Below are positions 50,232-53,838 of a stretch of 53,838 nucleotides of DNA, in pieces. Source of the stretch: Alphaproteobacteria bacterium (GTDB lineage Bacteria > Pseudomonadota > Alphaproteobacteria > UBA9219); contig JAQUHK010000003.1 in the NCBI GenBank assembly GCA_028683655.1, positions 1-53,838 on the forward strand, written 5' to 3'. The translations under genes and the position numbers were made by a program. The notes below the pieces were generated by a model. That model did no database searches. It saw nothing but the letters and a program-made list of their open reading frames with translations, and was not told the origin of the DNA. The first letter of the stretch is position 1. Each line of letters opens with the position of its first letter.

Positions 50232-50259
50232 TTGACCCGCGCGACGGGCCCGCTATTAT
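50232..50259 (+). promoter_or_regulatory. Sigma-70-like promoter for tRNA-Leu
   Basis: TTGACC, a 16-nt spacer, then TATTAT, about 65 nt upstream of the mature tRNA 5' end. Confidence 0.45.
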
Positions 50260-50325
50260 CCCCCTCGCCTTACGGCTTTGGCCCTGCCCCCTCATCGGGC
50301 GCATCCAGCCAACCGAAGCCCCTAG

Positions 50326-50412
50326 GCCCCAGTGGCGGAATTGGTAGACGCGGCAGACTCAAAATCTGTTTCTTGCAAGAGAGTGGGGGTTCAAGTCCCT
50401 CCTGGGGCACCA
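50326..50412 (+). tRNA. tRNA-Leu (anticodon CAA), class II with long variable arm, encoded CCA
   Basis: Hand-folded. Acceptor GCCCCAG/CTGGGGC, anticodon stem GCAGA/TCTGT with loop CT-CAA-AA, long variable arm, T arm GGGGG-TTCAAGT-CCCTC, discriminator A, then CCA. Confidence 0.93.
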
Positions 50413-50569
50413 TTTAAGGTCCAAGGACGTTCGACAACGTCCACAAACTCATTGAAAAACCTAGTGAATTTGTTGTGGTTGTTTGATACAATCCGCTAGC
50501 GTTTTCCCACATATACCCCCAAACAGGGGTATCTTATGGGGTATTTTCAAATGAGAACCGGACCCCATT

Positions 50570-51799
50570 ATGGCCCTTTCGGACACCAAACTTCGCAACG
50601 CCAAACCCAAGGACAAGCCCTATAAGCTGGCCGATGGTCTGGGGCTGTTTTTGCTGGTCACCCCGACGGGCAGCAAACTTTGGCGGCTGAAATACCTTTT
50701 ACTTGGCAAAGAGCGCCTTTTCTCCATCGGCCCCTATCCCGTGGTTGGTCTGGCCGATGCCCGCGCCCAAAGGGACGAGGTCAAAAAGCTGCTTCTTCAA
50801 GGCATCGACCCGACCCAGCATCGCCGCACCACCAAAATGCAAAAGATGGAAGCCAGCCAAAACACGTTTGAGGCTGTGGCGCGTCGTTGGATGGCGATCA
50901 AGAACGTTGAACCCGCGCACCAAGCCCGATCCCTGCGGCGGCTTGAAATGCACGCTTTCCCCCGCATTGGCTTTCGCCCGATTGACGAGATAAAGACGGC
51001 AGAGATTGCAACTTGCCTTGAAGCGATAGAGCGCGACGGCGTGAATGAAACCGCCAACCGCATTAAACAGATTATCCAGCAAGTCTTTCGCTATGCCGTG
51101 CGTCGTGGGTTGATCGAGAATAACCCCGCTGGCGATCTGCGCGACATTATCCGCCGCAAGCCCGTCGAGAACCGCGCCTGCATCCCTCCGGCAGAGCTTC
51201 CCCAATTGCTGCGCGACATGGCGGCCTATCAAGGCGATCCGCTGACCATCGCGGCCATGAAGCTGCTGGCCCTGACCTTTGTGCGAACGGGTGAGCTTAT
51301 CGGCGCACGGTGGGAGGAAATCGATTGGGATCGGTGCGAATGGAAAATCCCCGCCGAGCGCATGAAGATGCGGCATGAACATATTGTCCCGCTGGCCTCG
51401 CAAGCCTTGGCGATTTTAAAGGGGCTTCAGGAAATCACAGGAAGGCGCGAGCTTGTCTTTTTCTCTGCCGCCAACAAGGAAAAGCATATCAGCAACAATT
51501 GCGTCCTAAGCGCGCTTAAACGCATGGGCTATAACGGGCGCATGACAGGCCACGGCTTTCGTGCGCTGGCCAGCACTATCCTTAATGAACAACGTAAATA
51601 CCATCCTGACATTATCGAAAAGCAACTCGCCCATGCCGACCGCAACGAAATCCGCGCCATCTATAACCGCGCAGACTATCTACTGGAACGCAAAAAGATG
51701 ATGCAGGATTGGGCCAATTTCTTGGACAAGACGCTGGCGGACGGCGACGACGTTATTCAAATCTCTGCGTACACCAACAAAGAGCAAGTCGAAGCGTAG
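50570..51799 (+). CDS. int: Tyrosine recombinase, P4-type phage/island integrase (DUF4102 N-terminus)
   Basis: MALSDTKLRNAKPKDKPYKLADGLGLFLLVTPTGSKLWRLKY is the DUF4102 arm-binding signature. Catalytic residues are in TFVRTGELIGARWEEID, HGFRALAST and HADRNEIRAIYNR. Starts 158 nt after the tRNA-Leu end. Confidence 0.93.
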   Translation: MALSDTKLRNAKPKDKPYKLADGLGLFLLVTPTGSKLWRLKYLLLGKERLFSIGPYPVVGLADARAQRDEVKKLLLQGIDPTQHRRTTKMQKMEASQNTFEAVARRWMAIKNVEPAHQARSLRRLEMHAFPRIGFRPIDEIKTAEIATCLEAIERDGVNETANRIKQIIQQVFRYAVRRGLIENNPAGDLRDIIRRKPVENRACIPPAELPQLLRDMAAYQGDPLTIAAMKLLALTFVRTGELIGARWEEIDWDRCEWKIPAERMKMRHEHIVPLASQALAILKGLQEITGRRELVFFSAANKEKHISNNCVLSALKRMGYNGRMTGHGFRALASTILNEQRKYHPDIIEKQLAHADRNEIRAIYNRADYLLERKKMMQDWANFLDKTLADGDDVIQISAYTNKEQVEA

Positions 51800-51800
51800 C

Positions 51801-51883
51801 TGTTACGCTTGTGCCGTTACAATGTTACGGATCGACTTTCAAAAAACCTAGGCTTTCTGTGGGTTGTAACGTTGTTACGGATC
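51801..51883. repeat. Cluster of GTTAC-containing repeats, including two TGTTACGGATC copies 50 bp apart
   Basis: TGTTACGC (51801), CGTTACAA (51815), TGTTACGGATC (51823..51833), GTAACG (inverted, 51866) and TGTTACGGATC (51873..51883), immediately after the integrase stop. Confidence 0.6.
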
Positions 51884-52013
51884 AGAGGGAAAGGGGGACG
51901 GCCCCGCGACGGGGCCCCGATGGCGCGAGCCAGCGGGTTCGGCGCGGAGGCCGGAACGAGGGGGCATTATTGTAACACGCCCCCATACAAATACAGTACA
52001 GAGAACGGTCTGG

Positions 52014-53687
52014 TTACTTCGCTTGTTGGGTTAATGGCTTGATCGCCTGTATTTTGTCTTCAAGTTCACAAAGAAGATCGCCATCTTCAAAAGCAATTTC
52101 TCGCTTAAGTTTTGATACCAAGATAAGGGCCTTATATAAATGCTCAACATGCTTTTCATCGAATAGTCGTGAGTCCATTCTAGAAATAGTGTCTGAAAGC
52201 AGTCTTAATGGACGTGAAGCACCAGAAATATTTCCGTTCATGACCAGATGGTCTGCTTCGCGGTAGTGTACTTGTGTGCAGAGGTCGGCGTGAATAATTT
52301 TGTCTCGGTTAGAGCGAAAAGGAAGGTTTTGCATTTTCTCCAAGGCATAATGGGCCGTTGGAAAGTCATATCTAAAACATGCAACTCTAGCCAATTCTTG
52401 CAAAACACATGGGGCATTAGGATCGAGATCTAATGCTGTTTTTAATTGGTCTGCCGCTGCATCAAAATCAGACATGTATCTCGACAACATTCCAGCATAA
52501 AAATAGTGCAACTGAGGCTGCTTCTCTGCGAGTTCTATAGCGGTTTGATACGAAGCCTTGGCCCGAGCAACCTCCTGCGCTTTTATAGCGACGAAAGCAT
52601 CCATCCGGTGGACTTCGAAATATCCTGAACTCAGACTCTTAACTTCCTGGAGCAGCTCCTCCGCTGTTGCAATATCTCCTTCATTTGCTTCCTCTGCGAT
52701 CTTCTTTAGTTTCTTAGAAACCAGCATCTCCGTTCGGTTTCGAACGGCAACATACCGAAATGAATACCTATTTGCATTCTGAGCTCGGCGTTCATTCTGA
52801 AACGCTCCTTCGACAGATCGAAACTTTTTAAGAGCGTCTTCGGAAAAAGTCGTGGTTGGCTGCAACACGCGAACAATATGGGTCTTCGAGAAACCGCCTA
52901 GTTGATAGGATACTTCAAATTTTGACTTTTCTTGTCTTTGGACCAACGCAAATCGGACTAATTCGGCGACCCCGATTTCAACCTCTGCGCTGCTCAAATC
53001 CGCAATTTCATGAATAAGTGGGGCAGAGGCAGAAGAGGGTAATACTGCTAGTACACATGCTATTTTTTTAGCGATAGGCGTTAGTTGATTAATGACGTTC
53101 TCGAGACAAAATTTAATAGCAATATCAACCTTAGAAGTGATTGCCTCGGGGGATAATCCACTGGCGACTCCGAGGCAAAACCATTTAAGAAGCAATGGTT
53201 TCTTGCCTAATTGTCTTGCGTATCGATCAAGTTTTTCGTTGGAAGCACCTTTAATAGAGGGAACATAATATGTTTCTCCTAACCGCCTCAGGTAATTTCG
53301 AGCTTCTGTCTCGCTGAAATCCCCGACATGAACTGAAAGATCGGAACCTAAAGGTACGCGAGATGTAAACACGAGTTTGCTTTCGCCAGGGATGTCTGTC
53401 GCAAACTTTCGGATGCTCTCATCAAGAATGGTTTCAAGATTATCGATCACTAGCAAAATCTTGTTTTCTGCCAATAACTTTGTCACACGATCTATTGGTG
53501 GTTCGTCTCCTGGCTCAAATTGATTCGCTACAGCTGAAAAAAGGCCAAGTGAACTCGTTATTGCCCCTTCAATTTTTTCAATATCCTGAGAGCCAAGGCG
53601 CATTGATTTAGCCGTTGCCCAAACGATTGCATCAAAACCATGGTTGTTCGAAGCTAGAAGCCCATATAATGTTTGTATACCCCTCAC
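52014..53687 (-). CDS. STAND (NB-ARC-like) NTPase with C-terminal TPR repeats, apparently 5'-truncated (no Walker A or effector domain)
   Basis: Walker B-like KILLVIDNLETI, then ESKLVFTSRVPLG and VGDFSETEARNYLRRL (NB-ARC order). TPR-like C-terminus (YQTAIELAEKQPQLHYFYAGMLS...AADQLKTALDLDPNAP). Visibly AT-richer than the flanking DNA. The ORF begins at a GTG with an in-frame stop 14 codons upstream. Confidence 0.6.
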   Translation of the reverse strand: MRGIQTLYGLLASNNHGFDAIVWATAKSMRLGSQDIEKIEGAITSSLGLFSAVANQFEPGDEPPIDRVTKLLAENKILLVIDNLETILDESIRKFATDIPGESKLVFTSRVPLGSDLSVHVGDFSETEARNYLRRLGETYYVPSIKGASNEKLDRYARQLGKKPLLLKWFCLGVASGLSPEAITSKVDIAIKFCLENVINQLTPIAKKIACVLAVLPSSASAPLIHEIADLSSAEVEIGVAELVRFALVQRQEKSKFEVSYQLGGFSKTHIVRVLQPTTTFSEDALKKFRSVEGAFQNERRAQNANRYSFRYVAVRNRTEMLVSKKLKKIAEEANEGDIATAEELLQEVKSLSSGYFEVHRMDAFVAIKAQEVARAKASYQTAIELAEKQPQLHYFYAGMLSRYMSDFDAAADQLKTALDLDPNAPCVLQELARVACFRYDFPTAHYALEKMQNLPFRSNRDKIIHADLCTQVHYREADHLVMNGNISGASRPLRLLSDTISRMDSRLFDEKHVEHLYKALILVSKLKREIAFEDGDLLCELEDKIQAIKPLTQQAK

Positions 53688-53838
53688 ACCTGAAGAGTTG
53701 GCAAAAGAGGGGATTGGACAGGGGTAAAATTATCAGAGAGCCTGTCGATCCACAAGCGAGCTTGTTGGGGGAATGTTTTGGTTAAGAAGTCGAGCGTAGC
53801 GTCGGCGAACGCTTTGAACGTCGGATAGTAACGGTTGT
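53684..53838 (-). mobile_element. 3' end of an IS630-family-like transposase gene (partial; continues beyond the window)
   Basis: Minus-strand frame reads NRYYPTFKAFADATLDFLTKTFPQQARLWIDRLSDNFTPVQSPLLPTLQV-stop. This resembles the C-terminal tail of IS630/Tc1-type DDE transposases. Recalled from memory, not searched. Confidence 0.4.

Noticed and set aside
51809-52042. 77-aa ORF between the integrase and the STAND gene (candidate excisionase?)
   Set aside because: No HTH/AlpA-like motif and no ribosome-binding site. It spans the GC-rich hairpin region and overlaps the STAND gene's 3' end, so it is probably non-coding.

Overview
This 53.8-kb, fairly GC-rich window is probably a whole contig, since its right end runs into an IS-type transposase. 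It looks like alphaproteobacterial chromosome. All calls come from reading the ORF-track translations and the DNA by eye; no searches or computations were run.

I support about 50 CDS and one tRNA. Most are housekeeping genes:
- phaR, lipB, sodB and ahcY.
- A permease-less regulatory PTS cluster: short hprK, rapZ, EIIA-Man, HPr/NPr and ptsI.
- marC, a hemerythrin, two MCPs, mgtC, DUF924, and a DUF882 peptidase translationally coupled to an OmpR-like regulator.
- A PagL-like deacylase, an ATP-grasp enzyme and pepN.
- A complete suf operon (rrf2-sufBC-HAD-sufDS-sufU-fic-sufT).
- hemW-rdgB-rph, gyrB, a GT87 membrane glycosyltransferase, pgi, an M16 peptidase pair, and DUF3035-lspA-ileS.

At tRNA-Leu(CAA) a genomic island begins. 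It holds a P4-type integrase, then a clearly AT-richer STAND/NB-ARC-TPR NTPase gene whose 5' end abuts the 3' end of an IS630-like transposase at the window edge.

The observations most worth a second look:
1. Ten MITE-like palindromic elements from several related families (about 1.4 kb in total) sit in the window. One is inserted in-frame inside hemW, analogous to Rickettsia palindromic elements.
2. A class II Fic (AMPylase-type) gene is embedded in the suf operon. It is preceded by a tandemly duplicated ~55-bp array of 12-5-12 palindromic sites that fills the entire gap upstream of it.
3. A HAD hydrolase with an atypical DxN nucleophile motif is translationally coupled between sufC and sufD.
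4. The tRNA-Leu island carries an apparently IS-truncated Avs-like STAND gene.
5. An ATP-grasp/PagL/pseudo-receiver/DUF882 envelope-related gene string lies downstream of pepN.

I cannot demonstrate a complete, clearly novel multi-gene system from sequence alone. The items above are candidates with explicit tests.
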